From Candidatus Marinacidobacterales bacterium (GTDB taxonomy: Bacteria; Acidobacteriota; Vicinamibacteria; Marinacidobacterales; SMYC01): 64,000 bases of DNA. This document shows positions 50,883-61,600 of this stretch, one piece after another (positions within the stretch are counted from its first letter, which is position 1; each line of letters opens with the position of its first letter). The notes below the pieces were generated by a model that worked only from the letters and a program-made list of their open reading frames with translations, was not told the DNA's origin and made no database searches. The stretch is taken from assembly GCA_965237955.1 (NCBI GenBank), contig OZ250169.1:3072001-3136000 (forward strand). The letters are read 5' to 3'. The position numbers and the translations under genes were made by a program.

Positions 50883-52439
50883 ATGGCAGCTAAGAGGTTA
50901 TCGATGAGAAAAATACGAGAGGTTCTAAGGTTAAAGTACGAGCTGGGTTTTACTCACCGCATGATCGCAAAGGCACTTCGCGTGGCGGTTGGAACGGTGA
51001 GTGAGTACCTGGCCAAGGCGAAGAAGGGTGGTCTGAGCTGGCCGCTCCCGGAGGAGCTGAGCGAAGGGGAGCTGGAGGCAGGGCTGTTTCCGCCGCCGGG
51101 CTCGTCTGGCGCACGGCCGGGTCTGGACTATGCCCACATCCACGAGGAGCTGAGGCGTCACCGAGAGCTGACGTTGCTGCAGCTGTGGGTGGAGTACGCG
51201 GAGAATAAGCCGGGAGCGTACGGCTACAGCCGTTATTGCGAGCTGTACGGTCAGTGGAAGAAGAAGCTGAACCCGACGATGCGTCAACGGCATCGAGCAG
51301 GCGAGAAGACATTCGTCTATTTTTCGGGGAAGAAGCCTCACATCGTCGATCCGAAAACGGGAGAGCTCGTCGAAATGGAGCTGTTCGTCGGGACGTTGGG
51401 CGCGAGCAGTTACACCTACGTCGAAGCGACACTGAACCAGTCGCTGGAATCGTGGGCGAAGGCCCATAAGGGGATGTCGGATTACTTCGGTGGCAGTACG
51501 GAGATCTGGGTTCCGGACAACTTGAAGAGCGGCGTGGATTTGGTGGACCGTTACGAGCCAGGGATCAACCGGACGTACGAAGAGCTGGCGACGCATTACG
51601 GTGCGGTTGTGGTCCCGGCTCGGGTGTTCAAGCCGAAAGACAAAGCGAAGGTGGAGTCGGCAGTGCAGGTGGCGCAGCGCTGGATCCTGGCGGTGCTTCG
51701 TCATCGCACGTTCTTCAGCCTGGCGGAACTGAACGAAGCCATCTGGGAGAAGTTAGAGGTCCTGAATGCGCGTCCGATGCAGAAGCTCGGTGTGAGTCGG
51801 CGGGAGTTGTACGAAAGGCTAGACCGGCCCGTACTGAAACCGCTACCGCAGGAGAGCTACGAGTTATCGACGTGGAAGCGGTGCAGAGTGAACATCGACT
51901 ACCACGTGGAGGTGGAGAACAACTTGTACAGCGTTCCCTATCAGCTCATTCACGAGAAAGTCGAGGCACGGGTGACGGCCTCGGTGGTGGAGGTCCTGTT
52001 CAAGGGAAAGCGCGTCGCGTCGCATCCCCGCAAGAAAGGAAAGGGGCACTACTCCACGAACCCGGAGCATATGCCACGTTCGCATCGGGAGCACCTGGAG
52101 TGGACGCCGTCGCGGCTGCTCCACTGGGCGGAGCAGTCAGGTCGCGCCACGGGAAGGCTGGTTGCGGGGATTCTAGAGAGTCGGCCTCACCCGGAGCAGG
52201 GATTTCGCTCTTGCCTGGGAGTCATGCGACTAGGCAGCCGCTGGGGCAGTGAGCGTCTCGAGGCCGCTTGCGCACGAGCGGAAGCTTTGAGCTCTTACAG
52301 CTATCGCACGGTGAAAAACATTCTCTCGGCTGGTCTGGATCGTGTGGTGCTCGAATCGGACGCCGAAGCGAAACCGCGAGAGGAGCACGAGAACATCCGA
52401 GGCGCGGATCACTACGAAGGAGGAGAGTCCCGATGCTGA
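50883..52439 (+). CDS. istA: IS21 transposase IstA
   Basis: HTH, YGYSRYC, HRAGEK, VPDNLKSGV, PKDKAKVE, DYHV, YSVP; first catalytic Asp appears to be Tyr. Confidence 0.92.
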   Translation: MAAKRLSMRKIREVLRLKYELGFTHRMIAKALRVAVGTVSEYLAKAKKGGLSWPLPEELSEGELEAGLFPPPGSSGARPGLDYAHIHEELRRHRELTLLQLWVEYAENKPGAYGYSRYCELYGQWKKKLNPTMRQRHRAGEKTFVYFSGKKPHIVDPKTGELVEMELFVGTLGASSYTYVEATLNQSLESWAKAHKGMSDYFGGSTEIWVPDNLKSGVDLVDRYEPGINRTYEELATHYGAVVVPARVFKPKDKAKVESAVQVAQRWILAVLRHRTFFSLAELNEAIWEKLEVLNARPMQKLGVSRRELYERLDRPVLKPLPQESYELSTWKRCRVNIDYHVEVENNLYSVPYQLIHEKVEARVTASVVEVLFKGKRVASHPRKKGKGHYSTNPEHMPRSHREHLEWTPSRLLHWAEQSGRATGRLVAGILESRPHPEQGFRSCLGVMRLGSRWGSERLEAACARAEALSSYSYRTVKNILSAGLDRVVLESDAEAKPREEHENIRGADHYEGGESRC

Positions 52440-53191
52440 CACCCGAAACGATAGAAAAGATGAACGCCATGAAGTTGTTCGGCTTGGTGTCCGCGTTCGA
52501 AACCCAGTTGAGCTCGAGCGAATACAAGGAGCTGAGCTTCGAGGAACGTGTGGGACTCCTGGTCGATGCCGAGTGGACCGCCCGCGAACAGCGTAAGCTT
52601 TCTCGACGACTGCGAGCGGCAAAGCTCCGCTATCCGGCATGTTTGGAGAACGTGAACTTCCAAGCGCCTCGAGGCTTAAACCGCGAACAGATCTTGAGCC
52701 TGGGCAACTGCCGCTTTGTCGGTGAGCGCCATAACCTGCTCATCACCGGCCCGACGGGGATTGGCAAATCGTTCTTGGCTTGCGCCTTCGTGGAGCGGGC
52801 CTGTCGTCGCGGCTTCACCGGATGCTACGTGCGAGCACCGCGCTTGCTCCACGAGCTCGCGGTCGCTCGTGGTGATGGTTCCTACGCCCGGCTTTTGACG
52901 AAACTCGCCAAGCTGGACTTACTGGCTATCGATGATTGGCTGCTTCACCCGCTGAAAGAATCGGAGAGACGGGATCTAATGGAGGTCATCGAAGACCGCG
53001 CCGAGCGTGGCTCCACACTCATCGCGACCCAGATTCCGCTCAAGCAGTGGCACGAAGCGATTGGCGACCCAAACCAGGCAGACGCTATCTGCGATCGCAT
53101 TCTCCACAGCGCGCACCGCATCACTCTCAAAGGAGCTTCTCTGAGAAAGACCAAGGCTGCGCCAAAGGCATTTGACAACGCCGATGCATGA
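52433..53191 (+). CDS. istB: IS21 helper ATPase IstB
   Basis: GPTGIGKS, LLAIDDW, ADAICDRI; overlaps the istA stop. Confidence 0.92.
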   Translation: MLTPETIEKMNAMKLFGLVSAFETQLSSSEYKELSFEERVGLLVDAEWTAREQRKLSRRLRAAKLRYPACLENVNFQAPRGLNREQILSLGNCRFVGERHNLLITGPTGIGKSFLACAFVERACRRGFTGCYVRAPRLLHELAVARGDGSYARLLTKLAKLDLLAIDDWLLHPLKESERRDLMEVIEDRAERGSTLIATQIPLKQWHEAIGDPNQADAICDRILHSAHRITLKGASLRKTKAAPKAFDNADA

Positions 53192-53940
53192 GCGAGCGAG
53201 GGACCACAGCGTCGATGCGATAAAAACGGGTGAAACCGCCAAACCCGGGGCCAGACGATGCGGCGCCAAAACGACGCGCGAGAATGCCTCAGGAAGCGTC
53301 TTCTCGAGCCAGGCCATACCCCAGCAACCCCCCGAAACCAGCCCCACATCGCCCGGGGTTCGGCCGCGGCAGGTCGCTGCCTACGGGAGCGGGAAGGTCG
53401 CTTCGCGTCTTTCCTTACGCCCGCTCCCTCCGGCACCGACCTGCCGCCCCTTGCTACACAACACGCAGGTAAGATAGGTTCACGTTTTCAATCAGTGGGA
53501 AGGAGGTCACCCAACACTTCATCGCTTCGATGAGCGTTCGGCTTCACCGGATTCGCTGTTCAGCTTGCTCTGGATTCGGCGTTCACGATGGCTGGAATAC
53601 GCACCGGATTTCGCTCTCAGCCAGAGCGGTGCAACAACGCCGGCTTATCGGGACGTTTTTGCGCTTAATCGTGCAGACAATGAGAAGACGCTCTACGCCT
53701 AGATCGCGCCTGAGGAGAAGGCGAATAGCGGAATTCGAATTAGCCAAACCTCGAATTCATCCAGCGGAGTTTTACGGAGGAAACGAAGATGACTCCGCAG
53801 ACGGTCCAGTACAAGGAGCTATCCGAGTCTGGAAACCATGACAGGGAATTTGGGCCAGTTTAAGTCTGATTGGTGGAGGCCAGTGTCGGAGAGCAGCTTG
53901 CTGCTAACCGAGGCCATTCACGAAGTGGGCGCTGGCAGGC

Positions 53941-55603
53941 TCACAGCGTTTTGACGAGCACTCGCTGTTTCTCCCAATCGTCGGGAAGCGGATGATGCAA
54001 GAGGTAGCTCGAGGTCAGCCCAACGGGCTGGCGGCCTTCGACAATGGCGCGGACGATGTCGGGAGCCAGGAAGGCATAACGGATTGCCTTGCGCACGCGG
54101 TCCGTTGGGATGGCGTTTTCGGTGGCAATCTGCTCATAGGTTTTGCCTGCTTTGATTCGGTCGAGCCAGGAGAGGGCGTTTCTGATATTGCGCAGGAGTG
54201 TGCGGTCGACGGATTTCGTGGGGTTGCCCAGAACGAGCTTGGTCTCGACGCCGCGTCGACGCAAGCGGAACGGTGCGAGGATGCGGAGTGCATCCTCGCG
54301 AATGCGGTCAGGTCCCATAGACAGGCAATCAGCGAACGCATTGCGGTCGAGCAGGATGGACACAGAGCCGGGGCTGATATCGACCTGCCGGATAAGACGG
54401 AGCAGGGGGGCTGCCGAGGCACTATCATCATTAGTATCGGAACACAGCCCGTCTAAAAAGCGACGCACCGAGGCGAGCTCTTGCATCGTCGGAGTGTGGA
54501 TCAACGAGGCCGAGAAGGTCGTGACATCCACATGCTGTCGGATGAGATGCACGACGGTCTGTTCCAGCATCGGGGCCGGGCAGTCGCCAGCCGGAGAGGT
54601 CCTTTTGACCACTGTGCTGGATGAGGCGCCGGGAGACGTAGTAGCGGAGCCGTTGCCCGTTTTTCTTTTTGGTGTGGCTCGGCGTCAGCCGGTCCCCGGT
54701 CTCGTCGAAGAGCTTGCTTGCCAGTGGGGAGGGGGCTGCACGGCCCTTCGTCGTGCGTCTCCTTGGTTTGGCAGCCCCTGCCTGCAGCTGTGTTTGGACC
54801 GCGTCCCAGAGCTCCGGAGCAATGATCGATGGATGCTGGCCCTCGTAGACACACCTCTGGTGCCGGATGCGGCCGGCGTAGAGAGGATTGGTCAGCAGGC
54901 AGTGGAGGTGTCCGCGACGGAACGGCAGCCCGCCCGTTCGGGTTCCATCCGCGGTGAAGCGTTGCTTGGTACGCAGTCTCAGACGGTCCGCCTCGGCCTT
55001 CACCTGCCGGAGCGTTTCGTGCTTTCGGTACAGCGCATAGAGCGTCCGGACCGTTTCGGCCTCAGCCTCGTTGATGCGCAGCGTGCGCCCGTCCTTCTCA
55101 TAGCCTAGCGGTACGCGGCCGCCCATCCATAGTCCCTTGCGCTTGGAGGCAGCGACCTTATCGCGGATCCGCTCGGCCGTGACCTCGCGTTCGAATTGTG
55201 CGAAGGACAGCAGCATATGCAGCGTCAGTCGTCCCATGCTGGTCGCGGTGTTGAAGGACTGAGTCACCGAGACGAAAACCGCGCCGGCCGCCTCGAGCCG
55301 CTCGACGAGCTTTGCAAAGTCGGAGAGGGAACGGGTCAGCCGGTCGACCTTGTAGACCACAATCTGCTCGACGAGACCTGCGTCGATGTCGGCGAGCAAG
55401 CGCTGCAGGCCCGGGCGCTCCAGGGTTCCTCCCGAGAGCCCCGCGTCCTCGTAGACGGTTGGCAGCAGCACCCAGCCCTCCGCTTTCTGGCTCGTGACAT
55501 ACGCGGCGCAGGCTTCTCGCTGCGCATCGAGGGAGTTGAACTCCTGTTCGAGACCCTCTTCCGCACTCTTTCGCGTATAGATGGCACAGCGGATCTTCTT
55601 CAT
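53941..55603 (-). pseudogene. Large serine recombinase, +1 frameshift at ~54576
   Basis: GGGGCCGGGC versus GGGGCGGGC in the intact copies. Confidence 0.88.
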
Positions 55604-55604
55604 G

Positions 55605-56036
55605 TTAGGCCTTGCGCTTGGGCGTGAGACCGAAAAAGCGTGGTCCAGACCAGTGGGTGCCGGTGATTCGCTTTGCGATGGTAGTGAGGGACGGATAGGT
55701 TTTGCCATCGAACCGATAGCCGTTGTCGATTACCTCGACCTGGTAGGTCCGGCCATTCCACTCGCGGACGAGATGGGTGCCGGCAGAAACGGACCCTGCG
55801 AGAGCGCCGGGGCTTGGTGTCTCGTTCGCCATGGCAGCCAGAGCGCGCCGGGTTGCGGCCGAAAGCCCGCCATGGGTCCGGCACTGGCGTTCGTGCAAGA
55901 GAACGCGGCGCAGGAAAACACGCGAGAGCGAGCTTGGAGGAGCAGCCCCAAAGGTCTGCTCCCAGACCCGCCGTAAGCTGGCGAAGTCCAAACCGTCCAA
56001 AACGACGTTCCGGCCAACCCCTGTATCCTGCGGCAT
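55605..56036 (-). CDS. DUF2924-family protein
   Basis: As 5284-5715. Confidence 0.85.
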   Translation of the reverse strand: MPQDTGVGRNVVLDGLDFASLRRVWEQTFGAAPPSSLSRVFLRRVLLHERQCRTHGGLSAATRRALAAMANETPSPGALAGSVSAGTHLVREWNGRTYQVEVIDNGYRFDGKTYPSLTTIAKRITGTHWSGPRFFGLTPKRKA

Positions 56037-57491
56037 CACCGAACGTTCGCTCTTGTGCTCGATAAAGTCCAGTCTAATGAGGGACTTCCGGGTGCGCAGT
56101 TCACTGCCCGTAGCTCGCCCCGCAGCCGATTTGAGCCAGCCGTGCGCACCCCCGGTGGGCCTGTCGCTCGCCACCCGCAGCTCTGGGGTCGGAAGCCAGC
56201 CCTGCGGCGCGAAATACCCTCGATTTTGCGCGGATTCCAAGGGCGTCTAAGCTGCTGATTTGTGGTCTATTTCAAAAGAGCCGAGTTTTGGCACAGGACG
56301 GGGTAGCCGAAGCACGGCCGACCAGTTGACCTGACCCCACGGTTAGTACCACGTTGTATCTCAGTAATTCGGCGCCGTATCCCATGGAAAAGCATGGACC
56401 ATTTGTTGCGCCGTCCACTCGGCAGAAGGATGTTCGGTGACATCGAGATACGGCGACGGTCGTGGCGAAGGACGATGAAGACGGACAGAACTCTGAAGGT
56501 TGCGGTCGGCAAAGTGAAAAAGTCGAGCGACACCAAGTCTTTTTGGCCCGGTCGCAAACCCAAACACAAAGCTACTGATTTATGGTCTATTTCAAAGGGG
56601 CCGAGTTTTGGCACAGGACGGGGTGGCGGATGGTGCAGGTTGGAGCTATCCGGTCTCGGCAAAAGGCGGTCCAGCTTTTGGCGGAAATCCTCAACCAGAA
56701 AAGCAAGTGGAAATTCAGGAGGTTTCGAGTTTCGCGCATTTCTTGACTTTTTTGACGCGTACACAGGTTTTGCGAGAAGGCTGTTTTACGCCCTCTCGGG
56801 TTTCAACCATGATGCCAATTTCGTTCCATCCTATTCCCCTACAGTGATTTAACGGCCTCCGTCACGTGCTGGTCCCCGCACGCATTATCGACGGGTGGTC
56901 GTTCGAGCCGGAATTTTAATTGGCTTTAATCAGATTTTCTATACGGCAATTTCAACCTCCTGGACGCCTGAAAGAAGGCCGTGTCGTGAACCCTCCGGCG
57001 CCACCGCCGACCGTTACTCATTGTTATAAAAAGCTTTACGTCTCATCAGCGAATATTCGTCGACGGGAACATCTTTCCAGCTATCGCAGTCGGGAGGCTT
57101 GAGTGGGGGCGAGTGGAGCTTCCGGTTCTTGGCTGGAAACGATCAGAAACAGAGCAAAACAGGTCCTTAGCGTGCAATTTGGGGCGATTTTGGGGCTTAT
57201 CGTGTCGTTTTTGCACTTAATCGCGCAGACAATGAGAAGACGCTCAACGCCTAGATCGCGCCTGAGGAGAAGGCAAATGGCGGAATTCGAATTGGCCAAA
57301 CCTCGAATTCATCCAGCGGAGTTTTATGGAGGAAACGAAGATGACTCCGCAGACGGTCCAGTACAAGGAGCTATCCGAGTCTGGAAACCATGACAGGGAA
57401 TTTGGGCCAGTTTGAGGCTGATTGGTGGAGGCCAGTGTCGGAGAGCAGCTTGCTGCTAACCGAGCCGATTCACGGAGTGGGCGCTGGAGGC

Positions 57492-59153
57492 TCACAGCGT
57501 TTTGACGAGCACTCGCTGTTTCTCCCAATCGTCGGGAAGCGGATGATGCAAGAGGTAGCTCGAGGTCAGCCCAACGGGCTGGCGGCCTTCGACAATGGCG
57601 CGGACGATGTCAGGAGCCAGGAAGGCATAACGGATTGCCTTGCGCACGCGGTCCGTTGGGATGGCGTCTTCGGTGGCAATCTCCTCATAGGTTTTGCCTG
57701 CTTTGATTCGGTCGAGCCAGGAGCGGGCGTTTCTGATATTGCGCAGGAGTGTGCGGTCGACGGATTTCGTGGGGTTGCCCAGAACGAGCTTGGTCTCGAC
57801 GCCGCGTCGGCGCAAGCGGAACGGTGCGAGGATGCGGAGTGCATCCTCGCGAATGCGGTCAGGTCCCATAGAGAGGCAAGCAGCGAACGCATTGCGGTCG
57901 AGCAGGATGGACACAGAGCCAGGGCTGATGTCGACCCGCCGGATAAGACGGAGCAGGGGGGCTGCCGAGGCACTATCATCATTACTGCCGGAACACAGCC
58001 CGTCTAAAAAGCGACGCACCGAGGCGAGCTCTTGCATCGTCGGAGTGTGGATCAACGAGGCCGAGAAGGTCGTGGCATCCACATGCTGTCGGATGAGATG
58101 CACGGCGGTCTGTTCCAGCATCGGGGCGGGCAGTCGCCAGCCGGAGAGGTCCTTTTGGCCACTGTGCTGGATGAGGCGCCGGGAGACGTAGTAGCGGAGC
58201 CGTTGCCCGTTTTTCTTTTTGGTGTGGCTCGGCGTCAGCCGGTCCCCGGTCTCGTCGAAGAGCTTGCCTGCCAGTGGGGAGGGGGCTGCACGGCCCTTCG
58301 TCGTGCGTCTCCTTGGTTTGGCAGCCCCTGCCTGCAGCTGCGTTTGGACCGCGTCCCAGAGCTCCGGAGCAATGATCGATGGATGCTGGCCCTCGTAGAC
58401 ACGCCTCTGGTGCCGGATGCGGCCGGCGTAGAGAGGATTGGTCAGCAGGCAGTGGAGGTGTCCGCGACGGAACGGCAGCCCGCCCGTTCGGGTTCCATCC
58501 GCGGTGAAGCGTTGCTTGGTACGCAGTCTCAGACGGTCCGCCTCGGCCTTCACCTGCCGGAGCGTTTCGTGCTTTCGGTACAGCGCATAGAGCGTCCGGA
58601 CCGTTTCGGCCTCAGCCTCGTTGATGCGCAGCGTGCGCCCGTCCTTCTCATAGCCGAGCGGTACGCGGCCGCCCATCCATAGTCCCTTGCGCTTGGAGGC
58701 AGCGACCTTATCGCGGATCCGCTCGGCCGTGACCTCCCGCTCGAATTGTGCGAAGGACAGCAGCATATGCAGCGTCAGTCGTCCCATGCTGGTCGCGGTG
58801 TTGAAGGACTGAGTCACCGAGACGAAAACCGCGCCGGCAGCCTCGAGCCGCTCGACGAGCTTTGCAAAGTCGGAGAGGGAACGGGTCAGCCGGTCGACCT
58901 TGTAGACCACAATCTGCTCGACGAGACCTGCGTCGATGTCGGCGAGCAAGCGCTGCAGGCCCGGGCGCTCCAGGGTTCCTCCCGAGAGCCCCGCGTCCTC
59001 GTAGACGGTTGGCAGCAGCACCCAGCCCTCCGCTTTCTGGCTCGCGACATACGCGGCGCAGGCTTCTCGCTGCGCATCGAGGGAGTTGAACTCCTGTTCG
59101 AGACCCTCTTCCGCACTCTTTCGCGTATAGATGGCACAGCGGATCTTCTTCAT
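57492..59153 (-). CDS. Large serine recombinase, intact copy
   Basis: Near-identical to 42324-43985. Confidence 0.92.
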   Translation of the reverse strand: MKKIRCAIYTRKSAEEGLEQEFNSLDAQREACAAYVASQKAEGWVLLPTVYEDAGLSGGTLERPGLQRLLADIDAGLVEQIVVYKVDRLTRSLSDFAKLVERLEAAGAVFVSVTQSFNTATSMGRLTLHMLLSFAQFEREVTAERIRDKVAASKRKGLWMGGRVPLGYEKDGRTLRINEAEAETVRTLYALYRKHETLRQVKAEADRLRLRTKQRFTADGTRTGGLPFRRGHLHCLLTNPLYAGRIRHQRRVYEGQHPSIIAPELWDAVQTQLQAGAAKPRRRTTKGRAAPSPLAGKLFDETGDRLTPSHTKKKNGQRLRYYVSRRLIQHSGQKDLSGWRLPAPMLEQTAVHLIRQHVDATTFSASLIHTPTMQELASVRRFLDGLCSGSNDDSASAAPLLRLIRRVDISPGSVSILLDRNAFAACLSMGPDRIREDALRILAPFRLRRRGVETKLVLGNPTKSVDRTLLRNIRNARSWLDRIKAGKTYEEIATEDAIPTDRVRKAIRYAFLAPDIVRAIVEGRQPVGLTSSYLLHHPLPDDWEKQRVLVKTL

Positions 59154-59154
59154 G

Positions 59155-59586
59155 TTAGGCCTTGCGCTTGGGCGTGAGACCGAAAAAGCGTGGTCCAGAC
59201 CAGTGGGTGCTGGTGATTCGCTTTGCGATGGTAGTGAGGGACGGATAGGTTTTGCCATCGAACCGATAGCCGTTGTCGATTACCTCGACCTGGTAGGTCC
59301 GGCCATTCCACTCGCGGACGAGATGGGTGCCGGCAGAAACGGACCCTGCGAGAGCGCCGGAGCTTGGTGTCTCGTTCGCCATGGCAGCCAGAGCGCGCCG
59401 GGTTGCGGCCGAAAGCCCGCCATGGGTCCGGCACTGGCGTTCGTGCAAGAGAACGCGGCGCAGGAAAACACGCGAGAGCGAGCTTGGAGGAGCAGCCCCA
59501 AAGGTCTGCTCCCAGACCCGCCGTAAGCTGGCGAAGTCCAAACCGTCCAAAACGACGTTCCGGCCAACCCCTGTATCCTGCGGCAT
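59155..59586 (-). CDS. DUF2924-family protein
   Basis: As 5284-5715. Confidence 0.85.
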   Translation of the reverse strand: MPQDTGVGRNVVLDGLDFASLRRVWEQTFGAAPPSSLSRVFLRRVLLHERQCRTHGGLSAATRRALAAMANETPSSGALAGSVSAGTHLVREWNGRTYQVEVIDNGYRFDGKTYPSLTTIAKRITSTHWSGPRFFGLTPKRKA

Positions 59587-59757
59587 CACCGAACGTTCGC
59601 TCTTGTGCTCGATAAAGTCCAGTCTAATGAGGGGCTTCCGGGTGCGCAGTCCGCTGCCCGCAGCTCGCCCCGCAGCCCAAGGGTCGGCGGATTCCAAGGG
59701 CGTCTAAGCTGCTGATTTGTGGTCTATTTCAAGAGGGCCGAGTTTTGGCACAGGACG

Positions 59758-59983
59758 CGGTTCTCCTCTTGCTGGTAGTCGATCACATCCTGCTGCTGGC
59801 GGTTGACCCAGCCAGCTAGAACGAGCAGTAGGAATTGCGCGTGGTACGTCATCATAGATCTGAAGATAACACCCTCGGGCCAGACGATTGTAAAGCCTAC
59901 GGCCCTTGGCCCGGTCGCAAACACAGACACTAAGCTGCTGATTTATGGTCTATTTCAAAAGGGCCGAGTTTTGGCACAGGACG
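59758..59983 (-). mobile_element. Longest left-end remnant of the second rve-IS (54-bp end plus transposase start)
   Basis: Minus strand MTYHAQFLLLVLAGWVNRQQQDVIDYQQEENR is homologous to the N-terminus of 876-1958; similar remnants at ~20440-20600, ~29330-29515, ~45575-45750, ~50290-50404. Confidence 0.8.
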
Positions 59984-60158
59984 GGGAGGTCATGGGGACT
60001 ATTGATATTAACTTTGGGGGGTACTTTCGAGTGAACGAACGATTTCGGTCACTCCCCGATGACCTCCGCCCACGCGGGCAGTGCCATTGCTGTCAAATTG
60101 GGCTGGCGTCTGACAGACTGGGAGGATGAAAAGGGACACGCCGAGCGGTGCTTGCGCT

Positions 60159-61600
60159 CGTCATGTCCAAAAATACAAACGAACTCAAGACCATCTCGCC
60201 GGGACGTTTCGGAATAGACGTATCTACGCTTGATTGGCCAATGGGAGCTAGTCCCCTGTATCAGAACAAACTAGATAAAGCAGAGCTTGCCGAAACCCTT
60301 CTAAGTGCATGAATCTTATGAATCTTATGGGCTGGCGAAAAGCCTAACTTTGTATAGTAATCAAAGATCCATGGGACTAGAATCCTCGGTCATGAGCACG
60401 CCGATCCAGCCCTTGACTTTGTTGGTCGTCGCCATCGCTGGTTGGCTCCAGCGTGACCAACAGGCCGCTATGGTCTACTTGCTCGAGGAGAACAAAGTCC
60501 TCAAAGCTCGGCTTTGCGGGAGGAAGCTTCGTCTCACAGACGACGAGCGACGTCGGCTCGCGGTAAAGGGTAAGGCGCTTGGCCGGAAACCCTGCTGGCT
60601 TGGCACCGAAGGCTGATTGCGCGGAAGTGGGACTACAGCGAGCGGCGGAAACAGCCCGGACGGCCCCTGGGTCATGGCCGAGATTAGCAAGCTTGTCGTA
60701 GGGATGGCGCAGTCGAATCCGAGGTGGGGGTATACACGCATTCGCGGCGCCCTCTCGAATCTCGGCCATACGGTAGCCAGGAGCACCATCGCCAATATTC
60801 TGCGAGAACATGGCATCGAGCCTGCGCCGGAGCGAAGTGAGCGAACGCCATGGCGCACGTTTCTCGCCGCCCATTGGGAAACCGTTGCTGCGACCGACTT
60901 TTTCACCGTCGAGGTCGCCACAGTTCGCAGGCTCGTGACCTAACTATGTGCTCGTCGTCATCGAGCTGTCTTCGCGAAAAGTGCACATTGCCGGAATCAC
61001 TCCGGGGCCGGATGGCCCGTTCATGATGCAGGTCGGTCGGAATCTCACCGACCCATTCGACGGCTTTCTGCGCGGCAAGCGATTCCTCATCCTGGACCGC
61101 GACAAGAAGTTCACCACGGAGTTTCGCGATTTGCTCGAGCACGCCGGAACGGACGTCATTCGGCTGCCGCACCGTTCGCCGAATCTGAACGCTTATGTCG
61201 AAAGGTTTGTTTTGTCGATCAAGAGCGAGTGCTTGGAGCGGATGATCTTCTTCAGTGAGCAATCGCTGCGCCGTGCCGTCGCTGAGTTCATCCATCATTA
61301 TCACGGAGAGCGCAACCATCAAGGGCTCGGGAACGCGTTGCTCGAAGCGGAAGAATGCGTCGGCAGTCCTCACGGGAAAGTGCGATGTCGTAAGCGATTG
61401 GGCGGCTTGCTCAGCTATTACCACCGCGACGCCGCATAGGAGTTCGGGCGCGCCAGTTGGACGGAACGGATGGTCTGCAGGAGAGGTCTGCTCGGGGTCG
61501 CCTATCGCAGAGCCAGTACCGCGTCGGCTGGTCTCCGCGAGTTTTGAGAACGCCTCTAGGATTCGACCTTGCCGCTCCGTTCGCGTTTTCGGACAGGACG
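60159..61600 (+). mobile_element. Degenerate copy of the rve IS at 772-2119
   Basis: Same ends; internal deletion at ~60590, frameshifts at ~60668 and ~60942, MITE insertion at 60252. Confidence 0.88.
60252..60376. mobile_element. 125-bp AT-rich MITE with CTAG TSD
   Basis: Absent from the copy at ~860; CTAG|TCCCCTGTATC ... GATCCATGGGA|CTAG. Confidence 0.8.

Larger units (their letters stand above)
50663..53603 (+). mobile_element. IS21-family element, full length
   Basis: TGCGTATTCC...GGAATACGCA ends, flanked by GCGGAT / CCGGAT (imperfect TSD). Confidence 0.92.

Noticed and set aside
132-59983. 54-bp repeats as a CRISPR array or integron attC cassette array
   Set aside because: Spacing is irregular (0.2-9 kb), there are no cas or intI genes and no attC-like RYYYAAC/GTTRRRY palindrome, and longer copies run into a transposase start.
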